Source of the DNA: a bacterium
GTDB lineage: Bacteria > Patescibacteriota > Minisyncoccia > Minisyncoccales > JAGLPU01
Assembly (NCBI GenBank): GCA_030635055.1
Contig: DAOVZN010000002.1
Location: 17,481-81,480, forward strand
Length of the DNA stretch: 64,000 bases
Direction of reading: 5' to 3'
Part shown: piece by piece, positions 28,066 through 37,130 of the stretch
Numbering within the stretch: the stretch's first letter is position 1
Layout of the letters: every line of letters starts with the position of its first letter
Translations under genes and position numbers: made by a program
Notes under the pieces: generated by a model
The model's input: the letters and a program-made list of their open reading frames with translations, nothing else
Database searches by the model: none
What the model was told of the DNA's origin: nothing

Positions 28066-29207
28066 AGATTTTTAAAATATTTAATTAAGCCCTCTTTAAA
28101 TTTAGCTATATTCTCCTTTTTTACCCTAAACCCGGCAGCCGCGGGATGACCGCCAAAAGTTTCAAGAAGGTGCTTACAGCTTGCCATCGCCTCTACCGCG
28201 TTTATGCCTTTAGGTACCCTTACTGTCCCGGGACTTTCTTTTTCTGTTTTTTTAAAAATAAAGGTCGGCTTGTCAAATTTATCGCAAATTCTTGAAGCGA
28301 CTGAACCAATTAAAATTAGATGCCAGTCAGGCCCACCTTCAAAAACAATAGGTCCTTCAGATTCGGCAATAACTTCTTCTACTTCTGCGGTGATTTCTTT
28401 TATCCTAAGTTTTTTCTCCAGATTTCTTGCCTTCAATTCTACTGCTTGTTCTTTTGCTTCTTCTAAAGAAGTAGATATCAGGAACGAATATGCTTCATTT
28501 AAATGATTTATGGTTCTGCCAGCATTTAATATTCCTATCATGTTCTGGGCAATTTGACGGTCTGAAACAGAATTGACACTGCTCATGTCCCAAAGAATCC
28601 GTAAAGACGGCCGGAAAGTGTATCTAAGGATTTTCAATCCTTCTTCTATAAAACCCTTGTTCTCGTCATCTTCCACCATCATATCGGCGATAGTGGCCAA
28701 AGCTGTAAGTTCCAGAAAATTATTATTTAAGCTAGCACTCATTTTCTTGCCTAAGAGCAACTGTGAAAACTTATAAACAATACCTGCATTGGCAAATTCC
28801 TTAAAAGGATATTTATCTTCTTTTTGCTTTGGGTCAATAATTATTGAAGCCTGCGGGACTTTTTCCAAAACCTGATGGTGGTCAATGATTATTACTTCAA
28901 ATCTCAGTTCCTTGGCTATAAGAACTTCTTTAACATTTCCTATCCCTAGGTCTAAAGTAACCAATAAAGCGGGAGCTTTCGGCTTTAAAATCTTTAGAGC
29001 AGTCTTATTAAGCCCGTATCCCTCGCTTTCCCTATCTGGAAAATAAACAGTATCCACTTCTCCCCCTAAATTTTTTATCGTCTCTTTTAAAATAATAACT
29101 GAAGCTATGCCGTCCAAATCAGCATCTCCATAAAGAATGATTCTTTCTTTTTCTTTAACCGCTTGTTTTATTCTGTTAGCAGCTTTTTTAAAGTTTTTAA
29201 TTTCCAT
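28062..29207 (-). CDS. RecJ-like DHH/DHHA1 exonuclease, C-terminally short
   Basis: YGDADLDG, IIDHH, ATIADMM, FGGHPAAAGF; 381 aa. Confidence 0.85.
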   Translation of the reverse strand: MEIKNFKKAANRIKQAVKEKERIILYGDADLDGIASVIILKETIKNLGGEVDTVYFPDRESEGYGLNKTALKILKPKAPALLVTLDLGIGNVKEVLIAKELRFEVIIIDHHQVLEKVPQASIIIDPKQKEDKYPFKEFANAGIVYKFSQLLLGKKMSASLNNNFLELTALATIADMMVEDDENKGFIEEGLKILRYTFRPSLRILWDMSSVNSVSDRQIAQNMIGILNAGRTINHLNEAYSFLISTSLEEAKEQAVELKARNLEKKLRIKEITAEVEEVIAESEGPIVFEGGPDWHLILIGSVASRICDKFDKPTFIFKKTEKESPGTVRVPKGINAVEAMASCKHLLETFGGHPAAAGFRVKKENIAKFKEGLIKYFKNL

Positions 29208-29213
29208 ATAATA

Positions 29214-30356
29214 TTAATTTTCAATTGCCTCAATTCCAGGTAGTTTTTCTCCACTTAAAAACTTCAGCATCGCTCCGCCGCCGGTGGAAACATAGCCGAA
29301 CTTGTCAGCCAATCCTAAACGATTAACTAATTCAGCTGTCTCTCCGCCGCCGACTACGGAAAAAGCCGGACTGGCCAATATCGCTTCAATTATTTTCCTG
29401 GTGCCCTGGGAATATTCTTCGTCTTCAAATTTTCCCAAAGGCCCGTTCCAAATAATTGTTTTCGCTTGGCTGATTATTTTAGAAAAATCGTCAATTGTCT
29501 CCGGACCAATATCTAAAACTAGTTCTTCTTCTTTTATGTCTCCGCAAAAAGCCTGACGAGCACTGTCGTTAACCGCAATAACATCTACCGGCAGATGCAA
29601 TTTAGGACTGGTAAAATCAAGATTCTCAACCAATTGGGCAATATCAGGGGCAGGCGCTGACCTGCCGACAGAGATACCTTTAGCGTCCAAAACAATATTA
29701 GCTGTTTTTCCTCCCAAAAGCAAATTATCAACATCTCGCAGAAAACGTTCAATCAGTTTAACTTTGGTGTTGATTTTCGCCCCGCCGATTATTGCTGCCA
29801 AAGGCCGCTCCGGGTTATCTATGACCTTGGAAAGAATTTTCAATTCTTCTTCCACTAAGAACCCGATGCCAGAGGGCAGGTGTTCAGGAACACCAGTAAC
29901 GGAAGCGTGAGCCCTATGACTGACTCCAAAAGCATCTTGGATAAAAATATCTCCTAATTCAGCCAATTTTTTAATGAAAGACGGATCAGCCTCTTTCTCT
30001 TCTTTATAGAATCTTAAGTTTTCCAAAAGCACTATTTCTCCAGGCTTCATATCTGCTATTTTTCGGTCTATTTCATCTCCGATGCAATCATTCAAAAATT
30101 CTATTTGCCTACCTAATAATTCTTCCAATCTTTCGGCTACCGGCTTTAGGCTAAATTTCATTTCCCTGCCTTCGGGCCTTCCTAAATGACTGATTAAAAT
30201 AACTTTAGCTTTATGCTCGCTTAAATATTGAATTGTGGGCAAAGTCTTTCTAACTCTAAAATCATCTAAAATGCCCTTGTTTCCCAAGGGCACATTGAAA
30301 TCACATCTCATTACCACACGTTTGTCCTCAATATCAAAATCTTTGACAGTTTTCAT
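29214..30356 (-). CDS. pgk: Phosphoglycerate kinase
   Basis: RCDFNVP, SHLGRP, LLENLRF, STGGGA. Confidence 0.96.
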   Translation of the reverse strand: MKTVKDFDIEDKRVVMRCDFNVPLGNKGILDDFRVRKTLPTIQYLSEHKAKVILISHLGRPEGREMKFSLKPVAERLEELLGRQIEFLNDCIGDEIDRKIADMKPGEIVLLENLRFYKEEKEADPSFIKKLAELGDIFIQDAFGVSHRAHASVTGVPEHLPSGIGFLVEEELKILSKVIDNPERPLAAIIGGAKINTKVKLIERFLRDVDNLLLGGKTANIVLDAKGISVGRSAPAPDIAQLVENLDFTSPKLHLPVDVIAVNDSARQAFCGDIKEEELVLDIGPETIDDFSKIISQAKTIIWNGPLGKFEDEEYSQGTRKIIEAILASPAFSVVGGGETAELVNRLGLADKFGYVSTGGGAMLKFLSGEKLPGIEAIEN

Positions 30357-30357
30357 A

Positions 30358-32052
30358 TTATTCAAATTTAATAGTTTCTCCGGGCTTAATTACTCCTTTT
30401 TTTACTTCTTCTTTTGGTTTTTGAACAGACTCTTTCAACACTTCTTTTAGTTCTCCAAGATTAACCTCTTTCCTTTTTGGCCTTTCTGTTTGAAGCTCTC
30501 TGCGTGCTGAAAATGGAACAGGAACTTCCCTTAATGCTTCTTTTAAAGACATTCTTTCCTCTTTCGGCTGTTCAACTTTATTAAGCAGACTTTTCTCATT
30601 CTGTACAATCTTTTTATCTATTTTTGTTACTTTTTCTTTTTCTATTTCACCTAAGCAAGGTTTACAATAAACAGGACGAACGCCGTCAGGAGCGAAAATA
30701 ACCTTAATGTCCTTGCCGCATCTACTACATTTAGCATCATAAAGCTGTTTAGATTCCGAACTAACAACCGGAGGCGCTTTTGCCAACTCTGTCCATCTGC
30801 TGATTTTTTCTTCAACAATCTTTAGGGGAACTCCATACCTCTCTTGAGAAACTTTAATAATTTTATCTTTGTTTGACTTTTCAAGAGCAACGGTTGGAGG
30901 AAGCGTCTGGGCGGAAAAAGCATTACCGGCTATACCGTTAATCATTAATTTCAAATAAATATTGTATTTGGCCAAATTGACAATATCCCGAGCCCAAAAT
31001 TCAGGGGAAAACTCTTTCTCTAAAAATTCCGCGTCATCAGCTCCCACCCGGAAAGAAATCAGTGTTCCGACATTTCCAAAAACCGCGTCCCTAACCCCTT
31101 CTTCCATTTGAGTAATGTATTGGTGGCCCAAAATCAAAGACAGCCTGTATTTTCTTGCTTCGGATAAAATACTGACGAATGATTCTGTGGCAAAATTCTG
31201 AAATTCGTCGACATAAAGAAAAAAATCTTTTCTTTCCTCTTCTGGTATATCTACCCGCGACATCACCGCTAATTGTAATTTAGTAATCAAAAGACAGCCT
31301 AATAAACGAGAGGCATCTTCTCCTATTCTTCCCTTGGAAAGATTCAGAATCAAGATTTTTTTCTTGTCCATAATCTCCCTCATATCAAGAGAAGATTTAA
31401 CCTGCCCGATAATATTTCTGATAAGAGGAGTAGAAATAAACTGACCGATTTTATTTTGGATAGCAGCCGTTGCTTCTACTTCGTATTTTTGAGAATAACG
31501 GGAAAATTCAGTAACCCAAAAACTCTTAACAATAGGATCAGTAATCTTATCAATAACTTTTTTCCGATAATCAACGTCTGACAAGACTCTGTTGACACCC
31601 AATAAGGTTGCATCCGGATATTCAAGTAAAGCCAAAATGGAATTATGTAAAATATATTCCATCCGCGCCGACCAAACATCGGGCCAGATCTTTTTAAATA
31701 CTCCCATTAGTCCGCTAGCCACCAAATGCCTGTACTCCGAATCCACTTTTTCCATAATATTAAAAGCAATAGGAAAATTAATATCTGCCGGATTAAAATA
31801 AATAACATCATTAATTCTATTAGAAGGAACAAAATCAAGCAGCCTTTCCGCCGCTTCTCCGTGAGGATCAACAAAACCTATGCCATTTCCCTGCTGAATA
31901 TCTTGAATAGCCATATTTTCCAACATGGCTGTTTTCCCCATGCCTGTCTTTCCCACAACATAAACATGCCGCCGTCTATCGTCGGTTTTAATGCCGAATT
32001 TTTTCATTTGGTTGCGAAAATCCGTTTTCGCAAAAAAATTGATTTCACCCAT
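30358..32052 (-). CDS. VirB4/VirD4(TraG)-HerA-like P-loop ATPase with a C-terminal CxxC-x17-CxxC domain
   Basis: Walker A GKTGMGKT, DPHG, Walker B LYVDEFQNF, EARKYRL, CSRC...VYCKPC. Confidence 0.85.
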   Translation of the reverse strand: MGEINFFAKTDFRNQMKKFGIKTDDRRRHVYVVGKTGMGKTAMLENMAIQDIQQGNGIGFVDPHGEAAERLLDFVPSNRINDVIYFNPADINFPIAFNIMEKVDSEYRHLVASGLMGVFKKIWPDVWSARMEYILHNSILALLEYPDATLLGVNRVLSDVDYRKKVIDKITDPIVKSFWVTEFSRYSQKYEVEATAAIQNKIGQFISTPLIRNIIGQVKSSLDMREIMDKKKILILNLSKGRIGEDASRLLGCLLITKLQLAVMSRVDIPEEERKDFFLYVDEFQNFATESFVSILSEARKYRLSLILGHQYITQMEEGVRDAVFGNVGTLISFRVGADDAEFLEKEFSPEFWARDIVNLAKYNIYLKLMINGIAGNAFSAQTLPPTVALEKSNKDKIIKVSQERYGVPLKIVEEKISRWTELAKAPPVVSSESKQLYDAKCSRCGKDIKVIFAPDGVRPVYCKPCLGEIEKEKVTKIDKKIVQNEKSLLNKVEQPKEERMSLKEALREVPVPFSARRELQTERPKRKEVNLGELKEVLKESVQKPKEEVKKGVIKPGETIKFE

Positions 32053-32079
32053 GACTTTATTATAGGGTATGTGGAGAAG

Positions 32080-33387
32080 CTATTCAACAGGCAAGCTGAA
32101 AGGAGCCTTTCCTTTTTTAGCCTCAACTCTTTTAACTCCCGGAGCATAGGAAACAGTTCTCCCCGGAAAATGATACAAAGTGGCCAGCTCTTCAATATTT
32201 AAAACATAGGTTCCTCCTGATTCAGGGAATAAAGGAGTATCTCGCCCCATATATCTCCTTAAAAGTCTTCTCTTCCTAACATAAACTCTTCTTGCGTCCA
32301 AAAACCATGTCAATACTGTGTGAACCTTGGTAATGGTTTTTTTCCAAGGCTTCATAGCATTCAAATGAGTGGTATTAAATTGATCGAAAAAACCCATAAC
32401 CCATGCTTTATGCGCGCCAAAAAAAGACTCTTTTTTGGCCAGATAAATAAATCTAATATTAGACATAAAAGAGGTTTTACTGACCTTTTCTTCAATTTTC
32501 GTTACTATCTCCCTCTCTCCGGGAGTAAGCTTCATTTCCGGAGGGATGAACTCTCTTGTCTCGGATTTTTTTTGTTCCATTTTTTCGCCGAAAACCAATA
32601 AATCAGTCGCTCCTATCAAGTCATCTTTATTAATCATTATAGATGGCTTTCCTGACTCTGCTGGCCTCTTTATTAATTTATTTACTGCGTCCCGGCCTAG
32701 CTTGGGAAAATCATAGTCCACTGACGGCACAAGCGGCTTAGCCATAATTTGAACCCATAATTGTTCTCCCGGACCTAATTTTGACATTCCTTCCAACAGG
32801 GGAGATAATGGGTCAATTCTTTTTTCTTCTTTGCTGGCCTCCGGGCTGGTTTCGAAAAAACTGCTATAAGTCTTAATAGGATAAATTTCATTCTTCATTA
32901 GCTCATAATCACAGCCCCAAAGCTCCCACTCCTTGTTAGGCATGGTTTTGGGAACATTTTTAATATAATCGTCAACAATTGAAATCTCAACATCCGGGTA
33001 CTGAGAATAAATAGAAGATTCAACCATATTGCGCAAATTTTTAGGCACTCTGATATAAAAATGTATTTCGCCTTCGATGGAAACAATTTCTAGTGACAAA
33101 GTTAGCAGAAATTTTCCTTCCAGCCATTTTTCCCGCGGATTCGGCGGATCATAAATATGCCATAAACCAGAAAAAACCGCTTCCATAGCCCGTAACGGTT
33201 TTAATACTTCTATGGGAGGTTTTATTTCCAAAAGGATGCGTTCAATTTTGCTGTCAAAAACTTCCTGCCTCCACCAAAGATAAAGGAATTCAAAAGAACG
33301 ATAAAGAATAAAAGGCAACGGCACCCACCACCACGCCTTAACGAAATCTCTTAAGACATTAAAAATTATTAAAAATTCCTCCTCCAT
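32080..33387 (-). CDS. Hypothetical membrane-anchored protein upstream of the ATPase
   Basis: 435 aa, N-terminal TM, YSQYPDVEI, YPIKTY, EELATLYHFP. Resembles CPR proteins that accompany these ATPases (recollection, not searched). Confidence 0.75.
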   Translation of the reverse strand: MEEEFLIIFNVLRDFVKAWWWVPLPFILYRSFEFLYLWWRQEVFDSKIERILLEIKPPIEVLKPLRAMEAVFSGLWHIYDPPNPREKWLEGKFLLTLSLEIVSIEGEIHFYIRVPKNLRNMVESSIYSQYPDVEISIVDDYIKNVPKTMPNKEWELWGCDYELMKNEIYPIKTYSSFFETSPEASKEEKRIDPLSPLLEGMSKLGPGEQLWVQIMAKPLVPSVDYDFPKLGRDAVNKLIKRPAESGKPSIMINKDDLIGATDLLVFGEKMEQKKSETREFIPPEMKLTPGEREIVTKIEEKVSKTSFMSNIRFIYLAKKESFFGAHKAWVMGFFDQFNTTHLNAMKPWKKTITKVHTVLTWFLDARRVYVRKRRLLRRYMGRDTPLFPESGGTYVLNIEELATLYHFPGRTVSYAPGVKRVEAKKGKAPFSLPVE

Positions 33388-33402
33388 TATATAATGAGTA
33401 TA

Positions 33403-34434
33403 CTAAATTTTTATAAAATATTCTCCTTGGTCGTTCCTTAAAAAGTGTTTTTTGTTTTGTAAATTTAAAATAATGGTATTTTCTTTTACTTGCCGCTGTT
33501 CTAAAACTTTGGCAACTAATTCCTCTCTGGTCATTGGTTTTTCCCGCTCCCTTAAAATTTTCAAAATAACATCTTTAACTACACCAGGCTCATATCCCCA
33601 TTCTTTTAAGGCGTAAACTCCCCGGCCGACTAAAACAAACCTATCGTCACGAATCAATTCATTGTGCACGGTCTGAGGAAGAACAGTTCCTTTTATTCCT
33701 TTAGCGTCATTAATAAGGTCAGTCACCTCTTTAAAATACAAAGGTCTGTTCTCTTCTTTAAGTATTAGATAAGCCTTGTCTCTAACTCCCTTTGGGTTGA
33801 CTTCCGGCCAAAAATCTAAGCCAAGCCGTTCATTAGGCGCCTGGGCAACCTGTCGGGAAACTTCAATAAAAGATAATAAAACCGGAGCGCTTAATGTTTT
33901 TTTCGTCTGCGGCAAAACTTCATGCTGATAAATTTTAAAAATCTCTCCGAGGCAGAGAGGTTTGTTTTCTTTTTTGAATTTTTTAACGAAAAAATCGCCA
34001 ATTTTTTTGGCCAAACTTGCTGAATTATTATCAGTTGTCCAAAAAGGATAAAAATTCTGTTCTCCTTTTACTCTTTTAAAACCATCTCCTAGGACCAACA
34101 AAAAGAAAACATGGTTAGAGTGTTTTTCTCCTCCCAGTTGTTCCAAGAGCTTGTCTTCTCTTTTTAAGCTGCCTTCTTTTTCAAGATAATCAGTAAAATT
34201 CTTAAAAATCTTCTGGTAAGAAGAGTTGTTGCTTTTAATCTTAGCACTTGCTTTCTTCAACCCGTCTTCTTGTATTTGACGCACCCTTTCCCGGGTGATG
34301 CCGTATTTTTTGCCGATTGCTTCCAAAGTTTCCTTTTTTCCTGTCTCCAAACCAAAACGGCAAACAACAACATCCTTTGACCTAGGAGGTAAATCTTTTA
34401 CTAAATTTTTGCAAATATTTGGATAATTAAACAT
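33403..34434 (-). CDS. Sigma70 region-4 HTH plus HARE-HTH (RNAP delta-like) protein
   Basis: RFGL...TLEAIGKKYGITRERVRQI and QTVHNELIRDDRFVLVGRGVYALKEWGY. Confidence 0.8.
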   Translation of the reverse strand: MFNYPNICKNLVKDLPPRSKDVVVCRFGLETGKKETLEAIGKKYGITRERVRQIQEDGLKKASAKIKSNNSSYQKIFKNFTDYLEKEGSLKREDKLLEQLGGEKHSNHVFFLLVLGDGFKRVKGEQNFYPFWTTDNNSASLAKKIGDFFVKKFKKENKPLCLGEIFKIYQHEVLPQTKKTLSAPVLLSFIEVSRQVAQAPNERLGLDFWPEVNPKGVRDKAYLILKEENRPLYFKEVTDLINDAKGIKGTVLPQTVHNELIRDDRFVLVGRGVYALKEWGYEPGVVKDVILKILREREKPMTREELVAKVLEQRQVKENTIILNLQNKKHFLRNDQGEYFIKI

Positions 34435-34467
34435 GTTATTATTTTATATAACAATTTAAAGATACTG

Positions 34468-35364
34468 TCAAGCTTTTCTTTTTTCCCAGCTGACTAAAAC
34501 AGAATTTATTAAAAACATTGAAGAATAAGTTCCTGCAATAATTCCCATGATCAAAGCTAAAGAAAAATACTTAAGAGTTTCTCCACCAAAAAAGAAAATA
34601 GCTATTAAAACAAACAAAGTAGTCAAGGAAGTGTTGATTGAACGAGTTAAGGTTTGCCGCAAAGCAACATTTACTGTTTCTTCAAAAGTGAAGTTTGTTT
34701 TTTTGAAAAGATTTTCTCTGATTCTGTCAAAGACCACCACTGTATTATTAACAGAATATCCAAAAACAGTAAGCAAAGCGGTAATAACCGGAATGGTTAT
34801 TTGGATACCGTAAAATTTGCCTAAAATTGAGAAAATTCCCAAAGGAATCAACACATCATGGAAAAGAGCGACTAAAGTGACTACTCCATATTGCCAGCTG
34901 GCCATTGGCCTAGAAACTTTCCTGAAAGCAAAAGAAATATACAGAATTATTGCCAATAAGGAAAAGGCTATTATCATTCCTGTCTTTTGGGTAAGTTCTC
35001 TCCCAATCACCGAGCTGATAGCTTCAAAAGCCGGTTTGGTCTCCTGATCAATTTCTCCCAACTCTGCCAATTTCTGAATAATTTCATCGCAAACCTGCTG
35101 ATTGATATTTTTTTCTCCAACGCTTAAGATAACTCCTGACTCACCCACTTGCCGGAGAGATAAATCTTTAAAATCAAAATCAGAAAGCTTCTCCTTAATA
35201 AGGTTGGTATTAGGCCTAGCGTCTTGGTACTCTATTTCCAAAACGCTGCCTCCCTTAAATTCAATACCAAAATTCAAACCAAAAACAGACAGACAGATCA
35301 AGCTTGTTAAGACCAGTGTTCCTGAAAAGAAGAAATATATTTTGCGATATTTTAAAAAATCCAT
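34468..35364 (-). CDS. secF: Protein translocase subunit SecF
   Basis: GIEFKGG, LFHDV, GYSVNNTVVVFDRIRE, TLTRSINTS, GTYSS. Confidence 0.95.
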   Translation of the reverse strand: MDFLKYRKIYFFFSGTLVLTSLICLSVFGLNFGIEFKGGSVLEIEYQDARPNTNLIKEKLSDFDFKDLSLRQVGESGVILSVGEKNINQQVCDEIIQKLAELGEIDQETKPAFEAISSVIGRELTQKTGMIIAFSLLAIILYISFAFRKVSRPMASWQYGVVTLVALFHDVLIPLGIFSILGKFYGIQITIPVITALLTVFGYSVNNTVVVFDRIRENLFKKTNFTFEETVNVALRQTLTRSINTSLTTLFVLIAIFFFGGETLKYFSLALIMGIIAGTYSSMFLINSVLVSWEKRKA

Positions 35365-35376
35365 ATTAAATAAGTT

Positions 35377-37095
35377 TTAGCGCCAAAGCCATTTCCAGTT
35401 TTCAAATATTGTTCCAGTAAAAACTCTTAAAAAGTTTTTAGTGATAAAAATCGCTGAAAACATGCTTAATAAAATTCCAATACTTAAAGTTAAAGCAAAA
35501 CCTTGAACAAAGCTAGTACCAAAGCTGAACAAAATAAACGCTACCAATAAAGTAGTAAGATTGCCGTCGCAAATTGAAGACCATGCTCTTCTAAAACCCT
35601 CTTCAACAGAATAAGAAAAAGAATTTCCATCTTTTAGTTCTTCTCTCATACGGGAAAATATAAGAACATTAGCGTCAACCGCCATACCAATAGATAAAAT
35701 AACTCCTCCCATACCGGCCAAAGTCAGGGTGACGGGAATTAGCTTGAAAAGAGCCAAGAGCAAAACTGCATAAACCAGCAAAGAAATTGACGCCAATACT
35801 CCCGGCAAGCGATAAAACACAATCATAAACAGAATTACTGCCAAAAATCCATATATGCCGGCCACTAATGATTTTTCCAAAGAAATCGCTCCCAGGCTCG
35901 GACCAACGGTTTTCTGATAAATCGGTTCGCCGATATCAACCGGCAAAGCACCAGCCTTCAACCTCCTGACAATTTCTTTTGCCCGAACAATGTCCATATT
36001 GCCGCTTATCACCGCCTTGCCGCTGGTTATCGGCTCTTGAATTGTCGGAGCATAAATATCCTCAAAAGTAATCTCTCCATCGCCAGTAGTGTCAACAATT
36101 GACATTCCATCCAAAAAAATGGCTAAAGGTTTGTCCACATTTCTTTTTGTAATTTCAGCGAACATTTGCGTCCCTTCTTTTTTAAATTCTAAAGCTATTG
36201 TCGGAGCCCCTGAAGTCGGCTCAAATTCCAAACGAGCTGTTTGCAAATGTTCTCCGCCCAGCCCTGTATATTTCCAAGGCGTCCATTGCGATAAATCCAG
36301 ATAATCAAATTTGGTTTTTATTCTAATTAAAATATGGCTGGCTTTAACTTCGTTTTCCCGAACATCTGTTTTTTTAATAATATGGTAGCCATAAACAGTT
36401 TCCACTAAGTCTTTCGTGATTTCTCCTGTTTTCAGTTCGTCAAAAACAGCTTTTTCAAACTGTGGCACCATTGTTCCTTTGGAAAACCAGCCCAAATCTC
36501 CGTCTTTCTCTTGAGAAACAGTATCTTCAGAGTATTCTCTGGCTAAAGAAGCAAAATCCGCACCCTCTTTCAGCACCTCAGCCAAAATCCGTTTGGCTTC
36601 GACTTTAATAACTGCATTATCTGCTTCCATTTGATTTTCCTGTTCAGGAGTAAGCTCTGGCAAAGTGTTTTCTTCTTTAAATTCCAATAAAGGGGTCTCT
36701 CCAATCCATTCTAAAGCTTGGCTAACATCTTTTACATTCGGAAGCTCTACTACTAAACGCCAGTTTTCCCCAGCTTTACTGGTTGTTATACGCGGTTCAG
36801 AAACACCAAAAGTATTTATTCTCCTTTCGATAACATCACGCACTCCTTCCATAGCCGAGTCTCTATCTCCTTCCGAAATATCAGACAAATCTGCTTGATA
36901 AATTAATCGGACACCTCCCTGTAAATCCAAACCGAATTTAAAAGGCAGGGACCAGAAATGAGGCACTTGCCATGAAAGTTTGGAGTTTAGATTATCGGCT
37001 GTTTGGTTGAAACATTTAGGCTCTACAAAATTGCCGGCGAGAAAAGCCAGAAGGAAAATAAAGACAATAGTTAAGTAAATTCTCGTTTTTACCAT
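35377..37095 (-). CDS. secD: Protein translocase subunit SecD with an inserted parvulin PPIase domain
   Basis: GLDLQGG, RRINTFGVSEP, IGMAVDANVLIFSR. Insert contains FASLAREYSED...GDLGWF...GYHIIK. Confidence 0.93.
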   Translation of the reverse strand: MVKTRIYLTIVFIFLLAFLAGNFVEPKCFNQTADNLNSKLSWQVPHFWSLPFKFGLDLQGGVRLIYQADLSDISEGDRDSAMEGVRDVIERRINTFGVSEPRITTSKAGENWRLVVELPNVKDVSQALEWIGETPLLEFKEENTLPELTPEQENQMEADNAVIKVEAKRILAEVLKEGADFASLAREYSEDTVSQEKDGDLGWFSKGTMVPQFEKAVFDELKTGEITKDLVETVYGYHIIKKTDVRENEVKASHILIRIKTKFDYLDLSQWTPWKYTGLGGEHLQTARLEFEPTSGAPTIALEFKKEGTQMFAEITKRNVDKPLAIFLDGMSIVDTTGDGEITFEDIYAPTIQEPITSGKAVISGNMDIVRAKEIVRRLKAGALPVDIGEPIYQKTVGPSLGAISLEKSLVAGIYGFLAVILFMIVFYRLPGVLASISLLVYAVLLLALFKLIPVTLTLAGMGGVILSIGMAVDANVLIFSRMREELKDGNSFSYSVEEGFRRAWSSICDGNLTTLLVAFILFSFGTSFVQGFALTLSIGILLSMFSAIFITKNFLRVFTGTIFENWKWLWR

Positions 37096-37130
37096 TGGTT
37101 TAATATAGGCTCAAAAAGCTTAATTGTCAA

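Noticed and set aside
30358-33387. Conjugative element or prophage
   Set aside because: No integrase, relaxase, att repeats or phage genes; the ATPase is flanked by core genes.
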